From NCBI GenBank assembly GCA_965287045.1, contig OZ336872.1, positions 31,124,001 to 31,188,000 of the forward strand: a DNA stretch of 64,000 nucleotides. The letters are read 5' to 3'. This document shows, piece by piece, positions 22,606 to 34,608 of this stretch; the stretch's first letter is position 1; the number at the start of each line of letters is the position of its first letter. The notes under the pieces were generated by a model. The model was given only the letters and a program-made list of their open reading frames with translations, had not been told where the DNA came from and searched no databases. This DNA comes from Carcharhinus amblyrhynchos. Taxonomy: Eukaryota. A program made the translations under genes and the position numbers.

Positions 22606-23319
22606 AACATGTCTCAAATCCCTCCAATCAGTTTTCAACATTGGCCACGGTACCAAATCAGCAAACAACATCCTTTGTTACTGACAAAAGGTAAACTATC
22701 AGCCCTTTTTCTTTAGGGCCCATCTCATGCAGAATGATAGTGCATCAGGAGGCCATTCGGCCTATTGAGCCAGCAGGCAAAACAATCCCAACCAGGTCCT
22801 ATTCCCACATATTCACCCTGCTAACGCCCTGACACTTCTGGCAGGGCCAATCAACCTAACCCACACAACTTCAGTGTTTTTGACATGGTTAACCACCGCA
22901 TTCCTCAAATGTTATCCAACCAGCTATGAGTGCACTCATCTGGTTCTATTCTTATGTAATTAATTGTAATCAAAACACTACCTGCAATGGCTTCTCTTCC
23001 TGTTCCCACACCATTATCTTGTATCTCCTGACAATCTTCCAAACAATCTTTCTTTATTTCAAACAGCTGCTGTTTGAAATAACTGCCAATGGAAAACTGA
23101 CAATTTAGTAAAAGAACGCATACGAGATTAGCAAAAATTAACTATTTTGTATCATCTTTAAAGTATTTTATTACGATTTATGAACAATGCACTTTAACTT
23201 TAATGTTAGATGGCCCTGTATTAATGTGACATTGCTCAGTGAGCTAAAATTGATTTCAATAAGATTGCTTTGAAATAGACAAACATACGTCATAGCTTAG
23301 CTAGAAGACTGAGTTTCAC

Positions 23320-23600
23320 TAATGCTATTCTGAGGGAATGCTGCATTGTCAGGGTGCCTTCTTTCAGTTTAGACGATAAGTCAATGTAACATCTGCCCCT
23401 ATAGTGAAAGTTTGCATGGCACTGATCATAGAACTTTAATAATAGATTTATTGGTTATTTGCTTTTTTTGGGGTACCTTGCTGTGTGCTTACTGGCTACT
23501 GCATTAATTATTATAGTTCAAAATATAACTCATTGGCTGTTAAATCATTTGGATTGACCCCAGGATAATGATTGGGTGCCAAATGATGGATAATCTTCTT
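23320..23600 (+). mobile_element. Old Deu-SINE remnant
   Basis: CTGAGGGAATGCTGCATTGTCAG...TTGCTGTGTGC...TCATTGGCTGT resembles the better copy at 50050-50595. Confidence 0.55.
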
Positions 23601-23744
23601 CATCAGCTTGAAGTTCTGTAAGATCTCAAAGGTGTTTGTAATCAAACACAGCAATTTGTTTGGAATATATAAGCCTCCACAAACATTATAGTAACTGCAA
23701 TGTTTGAACAGTGCAAAGCCTACACAATTTATGTACCAGAATTT

Positions 23745-25726
23745 TCCACAAAGTAAAATATGTATGTTTTATTTCAAAGTTATAAGTTACAATGACACAA
23801 ACCTATGATGGCAAAAGTACAGTGAATACATTATCCCCTTTTCCTGTTATTGATAATTACACTGGGTATTTATAATCACAGACTGACTTGATTTTTATAT
23901 GCATGTTTATACACACAAAAAAGTAACAATTCCTCAAAAAAATGAGTAACAGTGAGAGAAAATAAATTCCATTCCAAGGTTAGTGCTATGAGACACATTC
24001 TATCAGACACATGTAACCATTGTTTCTTATAGTGATGTGATAGGTACAACTTACCCAACAGTCAATACCTATTCAGCAACATCTCAAAGGCAACATTCCC
24101 AAAACATATACAGATAGCTGTTACCATTATAAACAATGCAAACTATTAACAGTGTAAGCTAAATTGAACTTTTTTTCACAATTTTCTTCAAGTAAAATAC
24201 AAGAAATCCTTTCAATTTATTACCCAGTGAAGCTAATACAGAGAGCAAAGCGAACAGTGACCCAAACTCAGATATACTTAAAAGGATTTCAGGGTTACAT
24301 TCATAACCAACTGATGAGCTTTTTTTTAAAAAAAACAGTAAATATAGTTTCCATGACCTGACACTACTTAATACCAGAAATGAAAATCAGTATTGTGAAA
24401 TATAAACATAGGGACATGAATATAAAAATGCTGCACCAATTAACCACTTGAGCACTGATTTTTAATGATTACAGGTTTAAGGTCAAAGTTAACATATTTC
24501 TTGTGCTAACTCCATGGAATTCTGTACATTCTGTAAGGCTGTGATTTTCTAAGGCAAAATATGTTAATACATCGTTGATGAAATCTATGGAGGTAATAAC
24601 TTATGGCAGTAATGTCAGAATTAAAATTAGTCTAAAGTTAAATATGTTGTCAGGAAAACACATATTTCCAAAGTGTGTAGGTCAGTTGTTTCTGTTTACT
24701 GTAGAAGTTATAATTGCGTAGACCCTATTTATGACTTTAACCCATACATGTGTGTAACGATTATTCCATTGAGAATCATGGTATATTTTTCCAGAATACC
24801 ATTGTGTTGTTCTAAACTCAATCTCTAAAAATTAGCAGCTTACAGCTCCGAATCTTCCCGGCAGATTCTCATTAATTTAGCTGATGGCTGTATGCGTGTC
24901 CATACAAATGATATATCCATAAAATACTACAATGAACCATTTATTTTACTGTTTTGATCTGGAGCTCAAGATTATTAAAATATATATGCAGCATTTACAA
25001 TGATGTAATCTTCTATTAGCAACATTTTCAATTCAAATATAGTTGTACCAAGAAACCAAGACATACAAGTCATAAAATCTGGTCAAACTACAAGACAGGC
25101 AAAAGGCATGTTTTGATGACATAACAACTCCAATAACATAACACAATGATGTCACCGTTTCAACCTGACAAAGAGAACATTTTGTTGTATTCTCATTAAA
25201 TAGTTGTGTCATTACTGCAGAATCTCAGTTGATGTTATGTAGGAAGAACCTTTGCATAAAACTCTAACTATGAAACGTTATTTAGGTGCATTGCATCATC
25301 ACATGCAATGTTTGCAAGAATATAATTAACTCAATGCAGCTCACGTCAGCAGTTTTAGCAGGGAGTAATGAATTTACAGTGTTGATAGATCACTTGCACT
25401 CCGCTATTAGTAAAGTCACCTTCCAGCTTCATAGGATTTTACTATCTGTGCCGTTCTCCAAACTGGCATCTTCACTGTAAAATAGCACTTTTCTGTTTTC
25501 ACCAAATGACCAGATTTGGCAGGTGCCCATGGAACAAACATTCTTTACGTCTGGAAAAGACTAGCCATCATTCACAGCTGAATAACATTTCATATTTCAT
25601 TATTCTCTGAAGAAAGACAAGAACATTAAATGAACTCTATAGCGATGGCATAGCAAATCAGTCAAGTAGAACTGGTGCCAAGTTTAACCCACCAGTTAAA
25701 TTCAGCTGGGACAGGACGGCTCAATA
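23745..25726 (-). other. FAM107A: FAM107A 3'UTR (~2 kb) with poly(A) signal
   Basis: AU-rich sequence with no recognisable repeat, downstream of the TAG. AATAAA on the minus strand at 23773-23768 followed by T/GT-rich sequence; an internal AATAAA at 24945-24940. The 3' end is inferred. Confidence 0.65.
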
Positions 25727-25843
25727 CTACCCAGCTTTCTTTTCTGCACTGAAAGTAGATGTTCGCCGCAAGTTTTCTTTGACTTTGATGAATTCAGGGG
25801 CATTCTCCTGTTCCTCGCCACTCCTCTCCTGTTCTCGTTCCAG
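25727..25843 (-). CDS. FAM107A: FAM107A last coding exon
   Basis: cttgcag|CTG GAA CGA...GCT GGG TAG gives LEREQERSGEEQENAPEFIKVKENLRRTSTFSAEKKAG*, with the FAM107 APEFIKV.ENLRR motif. Confidence 0.96.
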   Translation of the reverse strand: MEREQERSGEEQENAPEFIKVKENLRRTSTFSAEKKAG

Positions 25844-26243
25844 CTGCAAGACAACATTATTTTAAAAAATTATGGTTTTCTTGCATGTCTTGGCTTGAAC
25901 TTGCTGCAGTTGGACCACAGGATACTTTACAGTGTTATGTATAGTTGGTACCAAAGTTGCACGTCAGATTAACAACTGTGTCAGTACCAAATAAGGAATT
26001 AATGGATTGTTCGTGATTTGCTGACATTTTCACAGTAACTTCATTGCAGTATTAGTGTAAGCCTACTTGTGACACTAATAAACTTTAAACATTATTAACC
26101 CATTGGGAACACTGGAAAAAAAACTTTCCAGAACAGGCTGCACCACCCTTGCTCATAATCCAAAACCACCAGCAAGTTTAATCTTTCCCTGCAATTTAAA
26201 TGAAAAATATTTGATATTCTTGCAATTTAATTTGATTTTAATT

Positions 26244-26550
26244 GGGGCAGCACGGTGGCACAGTGGTTAGCACTGCTATCTCACACCATGGGCCTGGGTT
26301 TGATTCCCAGCTTGGGTCACTGTCCGTGTAGAGTTTGCATTTTCTCCCCGTGTCCGTGTGGGTTTCCTCCAGGTGCTCCAGTTTCCTCCCACAGTTTGAA
26401 AGACACGCTGGTTAGGTGCATTGGCTATGTTAAATTCTCCCTCCATATACCTGAACAGGTGCCAGAGTATGACAACTGGAGGATTTTCACAGTAACTTCA
26501 TTGCAGTGTTAATGTAAGCCTACTTGCGACACTAATAAATAAACTTTAAA
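26244..26550 (+). mobile_element. V-SINE with the alternative (non-CR1) tail
   Basis: GGGGCAGCACGGTGGCACAGTGGTTAGCACTG head; tail GGATTTTCACAGTAACTTCATTGCAGTGTTAATGTAAGCCTACTTGCGACACTAATAAATAAACTTT. Confidence 0.9.
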
Positions 26551-28034
26551 CCGTGACAATCCTCTTTAATTTTCACCACACTTATGATTTTATACCTTGG
26601 CCAATATTTCAGGGAGTTAATATTGTTGCTAAATCAGAATGATTGATCACAGCATGGAAGGAGGCGATTTGTCCCATTGAGTCTGTGCTGGCCCTTGAAG
26701 AAATAATTTATCTACTGCCACTCCCCAGCCTTCTCCCATAGCCCTGCTTTTCTTCCCCTGTTCAGATAACGATCCACTTTCCTTTTGAAAGCCTCAATTG
26801 ATCATATACGTGGGCAGTGCATTCTAGATCCTAAACCTATGCCATGTGGAAAAAAAGGTTTTCCTCATGTTGCCATTGCTTCTTTTGCCAATTCTGTTTT
26901 CAATTTTTCCTGATGTGGGTTTTTCCACCAATTTTTCCACCAATGGTAATGGGTTCTTCCTATCTACTTTGTTCAGACCTCTTGTGATTCTGAATATCTC
27001 TATCAAATCAACATGTGATCACTTTTTCTGAAAAACTATTTGTTTCAAACTATGGACATGGGGCATTTGAACAGAGTTCGAGTACTATTATGGACAACTG
27101 TAAAAGGCATGGTTGTGAACTGCATTATACAAGGCAAATTCATTCTACTTTTGAACTGTTAAAATGGCATTGCACCAGGCGTGACCATAACTATGGGATA
27201 TGGTATTTAAAAAGGAAGAACCTAAAATTGCAGTCAATTATGAAAGCTGTTGAATGATTCTAGTACACCCTTCAACCAAGGCCAACCTGGGAAACAGACT
27301 CCAATCAGCCAGTCATTATCTTACATCTGAACAATCTCTAGCAGATGGACTATTCTTTCAAAATTAATAAATTTAGTTGAAAATACCCATGAAAAAAGGT
27401 GCTAATGATCATTCTAATCAATGTATTTGTTGCATTTTCTACTTCTGGCTAGTTGCCAAAAATATCAGCAATCCCTTGACATTTTCTTTCAAGCAAGCAC
27501 CCAACCTGCAAAAGCTGCAGTGACTGGATGAGCTTTTGTGACTGATTAAACTGTAATTGCAATCTTTCTGGATTGAGTCATGAGTCAAGAGTCTCCAGTC
27601 TCCCAGGTTCTCCTACCAGTGAACTGGGACAAAGATTCCCCTTATGCACGATTGGTGCATGTATCATCCTGGCTGCTGTTACTTGTTGCCAATCAGCATT
27701 TCCCGGTTCCTGCTGGTTGCCCCACTCCTCAACTTAGACTGGAGGTTACAAAACCCTGCTTCACAAGAGAGAAAAATGACACCACGAATTTACTGGCTGG
27801 AAACCACTAATTAAAAACAATGTTAAGTATTTAAATACCTATTTTCTCTGCAGACCTATGCACAAGCAAATCAGATGGTGAAGAAGCAAGACCTAGTGAG
27901 ATCCCCCCCCAACCCTTGCTCTTTCAATCCAACTTGCAAGTTTTGAGCCCTGCCTGACAGAGAAACGTTACTGGGAATAGGCAGGAATGTGGGGTGGGTT
28001 ATAGTCTAATTGATCACGATCTTACTGAATGGTC

Positions 28035-28150
28035 ACAGAAGGAGCAGCACTCCGAAAGCTCGTGATTCCAAATAAACCTGTTGGATTTGAACCTGATATT
28101 GAAACTTGTTACTGTGCCCACCAGACCAACACAGGCATCTCCACATCATT
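28035..28150 (+). mobile_element. Penelope-derived terminal fragment (half hammerhead)
   Basis: GAAGGAGCAGCACTCCGAAAGCTCGTG...AAATAAACCTGTTGGA...GGCATCTCCACATCA, inserted in a CR1 3'UTR and flanked by a repeated TTACTGAATGGT. Confidence 0.75.
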
Positions 28151-29365
28151 ACTGAATGGTGGAGCAGGCTCAAAAGCTGAATAATCTATTCCTGCTCTTA
28201 ATTTGTACATTGATATGGATGTGAGCTTCAAGTGGGTGTGTGCGTGCATGAAAATTGGAATGTTTTTATTATTGTTAGCAGGTTAATCCTAATAAATACT
28301 TTTTTTTTGTAAAAACCTCAGGAAAACTTGTGTTTGTATCCTTTGAGATATTTTGGTCTGAATTTTACAGAACTTCCCACCGGCAGGATCTTCAGGTCCA
28401 GCCAAAATCAAGCGACTTCTGAATGGATCACCACATTTTCCTGCCCTGCCCCCACCATCACAAAATTCCACCCAAGACATGTAAACAATTAAATACTTGA
28501 ATTGGCAAGCATATCGTAAGGTGATAAGAACTAGGAGCAGAAGTAGGTCATCTGACCCCCCCCCTCCCCCCAACCCCGAGCCTGCTCTGCCATTCAATAA
28601 GAACATGGCTGATCTTTTCATGGTCTCTGCTCCACTTGCCCACCCAATCATAACTCTTAATTCCTTACTGTTCAAAAATCTATGTTTGCCTTAAAAAGCA
28701 TTCAATGAGGTAGCCTCAACAGCTTCACTGGGCAGGAAGTTCCACAGATTCACAACCGCTTGGGTGAAAAAGTTCCTCCTCCGTTCACTTGCTAGCGATG
28801 CTTTTCCTTGCTCTTTATTTCATTACTTTTTCTCTCCCACTTCAATCTCTCTGTGCCAATATACGTCTCTCCCCTTGTGTCTCTATCCCCTTTGCTTTCT
28901 CTTGTATCATAACGACAGAGGTGTTGCCTTGGAGCAGAGGAGAACCAAATAGAATTTGGAGGAAAGACAGAGCTTTGTGAAGACTGTGGCTGGAGTGTCA
29001 GGTAGGTGGGGAAGAAGTCTTTGAACAAGTTTTTTTGGATTTGTTCAATAAATAATATTTGTGGCCCATCTGGTTAGTTTTAAGCAGTTAATAAACAATA
29101 GATCATTTTTTACATTCAATTTTGTTCCATCAACATGGCATGCCAATATATTACTAGACAAGTTAGATTTCTTGGGGTAATACTAAAGCAATGCAATTTA
29201 CTCACAGAAATACAACATTAATTAGTTTTCCTGATGAGACTGATACAGCTTTCCAGCTTAAAAAAGTCACATAGCCTAACTTTGTTATTGCATGCTCATT
29301 CTCCAGACTGCTTGTTCAGATATTACTGAACAACAAAATTCTCCAAAATATCTGCTCATTCTAAC

Positions 29366-29522
29366 CTGCTCTAATCTTTGCTGCCTTTTCAGGAGCTGAA
29401 GTTCAAAAGGCGATTTAACTTTGCGTGCCTCTTCTTCCTCCTTTCTTTGCCGAATCAGCTGATCTCTCCGCCTGTATTCCAGCACTCGTTGTAGTTCTGG
29501 CTTGTTTTCTGAACTTACACCA
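29366..29522 (-). CDS. FAM107A: FAM107A middle coding exon
   Basis: cttgcag|T GGT GTA AGT...TTA GAG CAG|gttaga gives [52 protein letters not shown]. 157 nt, phase 2 to phase 0. Confidence 0.96.
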
Positions 29523-29796
29523 CTGCAAGAGAAACACAAGGAAAGATTACATTGGCTCTCAAATCTCCAGTGGCTTTATCCATGGAAAGTCAAGACAAAT
29601 TTCACTCCCAATATATTCTTTTTGCAGGAGTTGGGTACACAGGGGGATTTTCTGCCTTTCACCATTACCTCTTTTTGTCATTTAATCCCACTTGCTTTCC
29701 ACTCTATTACTAATCCTGAAAATGCTGGAAAATTTTAGCAGCTCTGATGAAGGGTCTTCCTGATGTGAAACATTGGCTCTATTCACCACAGGAGTA

Positions 29797-30306
29797 TTCT
29801 CTTCCTGTTGGGGAACTCTTCAGCAGTCACAGGCATTCAGCTGCTGATCTTCAGGTATCCTTCTCCGAAGCGGTTTTCACGACACATGACAACGCAGAAT
29901 CACTAAGCAGAAACTGATAGCCAAGTTCTGCACACGAGGACAGCCTCAACTGGGATCTTGGGTTCATGTCACATTATCTGTATCCCCCATGTCTTGCCTG
30001 GGCTTGCAAAATCTCACTAACTGTCCTGGTTGGAGACAATACACATCTCTTTAACCCTCTCTCCATTCACATTGTCTGTACCTTTAAGACTTGATTACCT
30101 GTAAGACTCACACTCCAACCATTCTCTTGCAAATTGAGTTTGTGCCTATAGATGCCCTATTTGTGAACACAACTCACCTGATGAAGGGGCAGTGCTCTGA
30201 AAGCTAGGGCTTGTGCTACCAAATAAACCTGTTGGACTTTAACCTGGTGTTGTTACTGACTTCTTACTATGCTTACCCCAGTCCAACACCAGCATCTCCA
30301 CATCAT
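29797..30306 (+). mobile_element. Penelope-like element 3' fragment (GIY-YIG end plus pLTR)
   Basis: Similar to 52660-53191. Hammerhead core CTGATGA (30178-30184)...GAAAGCTA (30199-30206). Confidence 0.85.
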
Positions 30307-31979
30307 GTCTATTCTCTCTCTACAGATGTTATCAGATCCACTGAGATTTTCCTGCATTTTTTGTGTTTCAGATTCCAGCATCCACAGTAATTTGCCTTTG
30401 TCTATTACTAATCCTCTTTTGTTCTTTCCACCCCTCCACCACCACTTTCCCTGCCTCAATACTTAAATTTGATCATCTCTCTAGTCTTGTCCAGTCTACT
30501 GAAAAAAGAACCTGGGAATGTTCAATTGATATTTCTCTCCACATGTACTGCCTTGACATGCTGAATATTTTCCAACATTTTTTTCTGCCTTGATTACAGA
30601 GTTCCAGCATCTACAATGTTTTTATCTTTGTGAAAAGTAAGCCCTCTTCCCAAAATGATCTCCCATGTGTTGCTGTTAAGTTTCTGTTCTGATTGCAACT
30701 TTGTCTATTGTAAAGGTATCGTATTGGTTTAGCCTTTGTCCCAGTTTGGCTATTATGAAATTCCCATATCAATGTCTGTTGAGTAAATATCTGCTTTGCC
30801 ATACAGCTGCCAAACTAAGGCAAATGGAAACATTGTCAAATTTTACACAAACTTTTCTTCTCAAATTTGTTTTCCAGCAATGAGAAATTTTGAAACAATT
30901 ATTTTCAATACAGTCGTTGTAAGTTGGACCATACTTATCTTTGACATTATTTGAATTCTGCCAATTTTATTTCTTGTTTTGTACTTTGCAGTCAGAGTTA
31001 CATGGTCTGCCAGGGTATTGTTTATTTGCCAGAGAGGTTCGCAGTTACTAATTCGATATCTTATTAACTGAACATCAGCTGGATTTTTCACCCCGATTTG
31101 GACACCAGCCTGCTTGAGGTTTGAGATTTATTAACCTATAAATGGATCAATGAACAGGAGCAAAGACAAAGACATGCTTAACCAGCTCTACTCAGTAAAT
31201 TGGAAAGTAACCCGGATTGGGCACAAGGCTCCTAAAAATATTAGGAACGTTTAATAGAGAACAGTCGCATAACATTCAGGCTAATGGATATATTCTAAAA
31301 TGGGATCATTTTTATAAAAAGGAAACAGGAGCTTGCTCTACCATTGAAGGTAAGATCATAACTAAACTCGTGTATCAGCTACACTTTCCCACATTATCCC
31401 TTGATTGCCAAGAATCTATAGATACCCATAATAACTCAAGGTCACGAAGTGGCAAGTAACAAACTAAAGAATTTAATTGATTGAGAAGAACTATATAAAA
31501 CAAAGGGTTTACAGTACAGCTATATTAGGTCTACTAACAACACCCTGACTCCAACTGCAGCCTCTCAGGCAGTGGGATGCATGCCCTCTCCCCCAGTAGG
31601 GCCAGCTTTGTGTGATCTTAGTGCATTGGTTCTGACCTGGTCATATGGCCTGTGAAGGATTGTCCATTAAAGGGGCCATGCTACCACAATATCAATTTTG
31701 AATATAGTCCAACTGAGCAACCACAACCCTCTGATATGGAGAATTCCAAAGATTCATAACACTCAGTGAAGAGGTTTCTCTGAATCTCAGCTCTAAATTG
31801 CCTAACCATTATCCCAAGTCTTTGACTATTAGTTCCAGGCTCTCCAGCCAAGGAAAATATCTATCACCAACTACCCAGTCAAGCCTAAGAATTTGTACAT
31901 TTCAATGAGATCACTTCATACTCCAATCAAGAGAACAGACTCATCGCACTCAAGAACTGAGAGGGCTCCCCTGAGTGGA

Positions 31980-32790
31980 GGCATCAAAAACGGTAGGTAG
32001 AGAGAAAGTAGGGAACATTAGACTGGTGAGTCTAATGTTGTTACTAGGGAAGTTGCTAAAGTCCATTATTGAGGCTTTCATAACTCAGCATTTGGAGTAT
32101 AATCAGATAAAGTCAGCATTGATTTACAAAAGGGAAATCATGCACGACAAATCTACTGGAATTCTTTGAGGATGTAAAGAGCAGAGCTGACTGAGGAGAA
32201 CCAGTGGATGTGGTTTATTTAAACTTTCAGAAGGCTTTTGACAAGATCTCACATAACAGACTATTATATAAGAACATAAGAAATAGGAGCAGGAGTAGGC
32301 CATCTAGCCCTTCGAGCCTGCCCCGCCATTCAATAAGATCATGGCTGATCTGTCGTGGCTCAGTTCCACATTCCCGCCCTCTCCCCATAACCCTTAATCC
32401 CCTCTCTTATGTAAGGTTAAAGCATATGGGATTGCAGGGTAACATCGCAGATGGATAGAAAGCTGGTTAGCAGATAGGTAGCAAAGAGATGGCATAAATA
32501 GGTCTTTTTCTGATTGGCAGTGGCTAGTGGAGTTCTGCAGGGAAGAGGGAATTGAACGTATCATCCCCAAATTTGCAAGTGATACAAAGATGGGTGGGAA
32601 GATGAGCTGTGAGAAAGATGCATAGATTCTTCAGCGTGATTTGCACAGAATGTGTGGTCATCTACAATATAATGTGGATAAATGTGAGGTTATCCTCTTT
32701 GGTAGCAATAATGGGAAGACAGATTATTACTTTAAGGGGTGTAAATTGAGAGAGGTGGATACTCAGTGAGACTTTGGTGTCCGTGTGCCA
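31980..32790 (+). mobile_element. Old CR1 RT fragment, interrupted by a young CR1 3' end (minus, ~32270-32404)
   Basis: VDVVYLNFQKAFDKISH... resumes after an insert matching 5303-5435. Confidence 0.8.
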
Positions 32791-32799
32791 GTGACTGTT

Positions 32800-32950
32800 T
32801 GATGTGCAGATACTGGCTTTGGACTGGGGTAAACACAGTAAGAAGTCTCACTACACCAGGTTAAAGTCCAACAGGTTTATTTGGTAGCACAAGCCACTAG
32901 CTTTCGAAGTGCTGCTCCTTCATCAGGTAAGTGGGAGTTCTCGTGAACAG
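32800..32950 (-). mobile_element. Penelope pLTR fragment with hammerhead motif
   Basis: Minus strand CTTACCTGATGAAGGAGCAGCACTTCGAAAGCTAGTGG (32931-32894). Confidence 0.8.
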
Positions 32951-33381
32951 AATGACTCTTTTACAGGGGTCCTGCATGAAGATGCAGAACATTCTCCAGT
33001 AACTTGCTAAAAAAAAAGTGGCTGTTACACATGTAAGGTTGCTCTGTATTGTGCTCTTGAACTTGTCATCATTCTGTCCTCCACACAAAGGAGCTCCAAC
33101 CATGAAGCTTCAGGGAATAAATGTAATTTAATTTATAAACCAATCTTCCTGTAAACTTGCATATCCCAAATTGCTGATGTCAACAGATTTTGGTATTCCG
33201 TTTTAGAATTTTACGGATATCAGCACATTCTAAACCTTTGGGCTGCGAAAATCCAAATCGAGTTTGAAGGAAGTTGAAGTCTGGATACTCAGTTCAGAGG
33301 ATATGTGGGTTCTCGGCCTTTAGGTTGGATAATCCTGCTCTCTCGCTTTCCTCTTCCTTCCCCACTCACCTCATTAATTTA

Positions 33382-33692
33382 TCATAGGATTACTACAGTA
33401 CAGAAGGAGGCCATTTGGCCCATCGAGCCCGTACCAGCCACAATCCCAACCAGGCCCTTTTCCCATAAACCTACACATTTACGCTGTTAATCCCCCTGAC
33501 ACTAGGGTCAATTTAGCATGGCCAATCAACCTAACCCACACATCTTTGGATTGTGGGATGAAACCAGAGTACCCAGAGAAAACCCCACGCAGACACGGGG
33601 AGAAAAGGCAAACTCCACACAGTGACCCAAGGCCGGAATTGAACCTGGATCCCTGGTGCTGTGAGGCAGCAGTGCTAACCACTGTGCTGCCC
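33382..33692 (-). mobile_element. V-SINE, CR1-type tail
   Basis: Reverse complement of the full SINE, ending GGGCAGCACAGTGGTTAGCACTGCTGCCTCACAGCACCAGGG. Confidence 0.9.
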
Positions 33693-34071
33693 GTAATTAA
33701 ACAATTATTTATCACTGAAATGATCTCCTTGAGTAGGCCACATTATAATTGAGTAAATGGGAAGAAGTTAGGCACTTGGCTCAGCAAACCAGGAGATTAA
33801 AACAAGTTAAAAATTTGTCAAACAAATCCTTCCTGCATATTTAGAGGTAAAAGCTCTGTAATCTGTAAAAAAAATGCAGGTTGTGATATCAGAAGATCTT
33901 CCTAGCAGACTCATAAATAAACAGATTTTCCACTGAGCACGTAGACGGATTTTTAAATGATCAGACACCAAAAACATTCCAAATTTAGGACAAAATGGAG
34001 TTAAAATTGCATATTTCATTTTGCACTGAGTACCTCTAAAACAGAATTCATCGTTAAAAAAAAGAATTCCT

Positions 34072-34608
34072 TGAGTGGCACAGTGGTTAGTACTGCTGCC
34101 TCACAATGTCAGGGGCCCAAGTTCAATTCTGGCCTTGAGTCAGTGTTTGTATGGAGTTTGCACATTGTGTCTGTGTGGGTTTCCTCTGAGTACGCCGGTT
34201 TCCTCCCATACTCCAAAGACATACGGGTTACGTGGAGTAGCCATGGTAATTGCGTGGGGTAAACACAGTAAGAAGTCTCACAACACCAGGTTAAAGTCCA
34301 ACAAGTTTATTTGATAGTAAACCCACAAGCTTTCGGGGTTTGCCCTTCGTCAGTTGAGTGGAAAGTTCTGGTCTCAAACAGAGCGTACAAAAGGCACACA
34401 GTTGTTGGACTTCAACTTGGTGTTGAGAGACTGCTTACTGTGTTTACCCTAGTCCAACGCCGGCATCTCCACATCACAATTGCGTGGGGTTACAGGAATG
34501 GGTTGGGGGGGGCGCGAAATGTGGGGCCTGGGTAAACTGCTTTTTTGAGGAGTTGGTGCAGACTCAATGTGCTGGATGGCCTCCTTCTGCACTGTAGGGA
34601 TTCTATGG
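34072..34608 (+). mobile_element. V-SINE interrupted by a palindromic Penelope-derived insertion
   Basis: SINE head at 34072 and CR1-type tail at ~34600; the body is split at 34260/34478. Confidence 0.88.
34261..34477. mobile_element. Mini palindromic Penelope-derived element with hammerhead, 13-bp TSD
   Basis: TSD AATTGCGTGGGGT at 34248-34260 and 34478-34490; inverted ends; minus-strand CTGACGAAGGGCAAACCCCGAAAGCTTG. Confidence 0.88.

Noticed and set aside
25174-25188. GRE-like AGAACA-TTT-TGTTGT in the FAM107A 3'UTR (the gene is glucocorticoid-responsive in mammals)
   Set aside because: The mismatch falls on the critical C of the second half-site, and a single near-match is plausible by chance.
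26244-26320. tRNA-like A/B-box sequences at SINE heads
   Set aside because: They continue into the SINE core and tail and do not form complete cloverleafs, so they are not tRNA genes.
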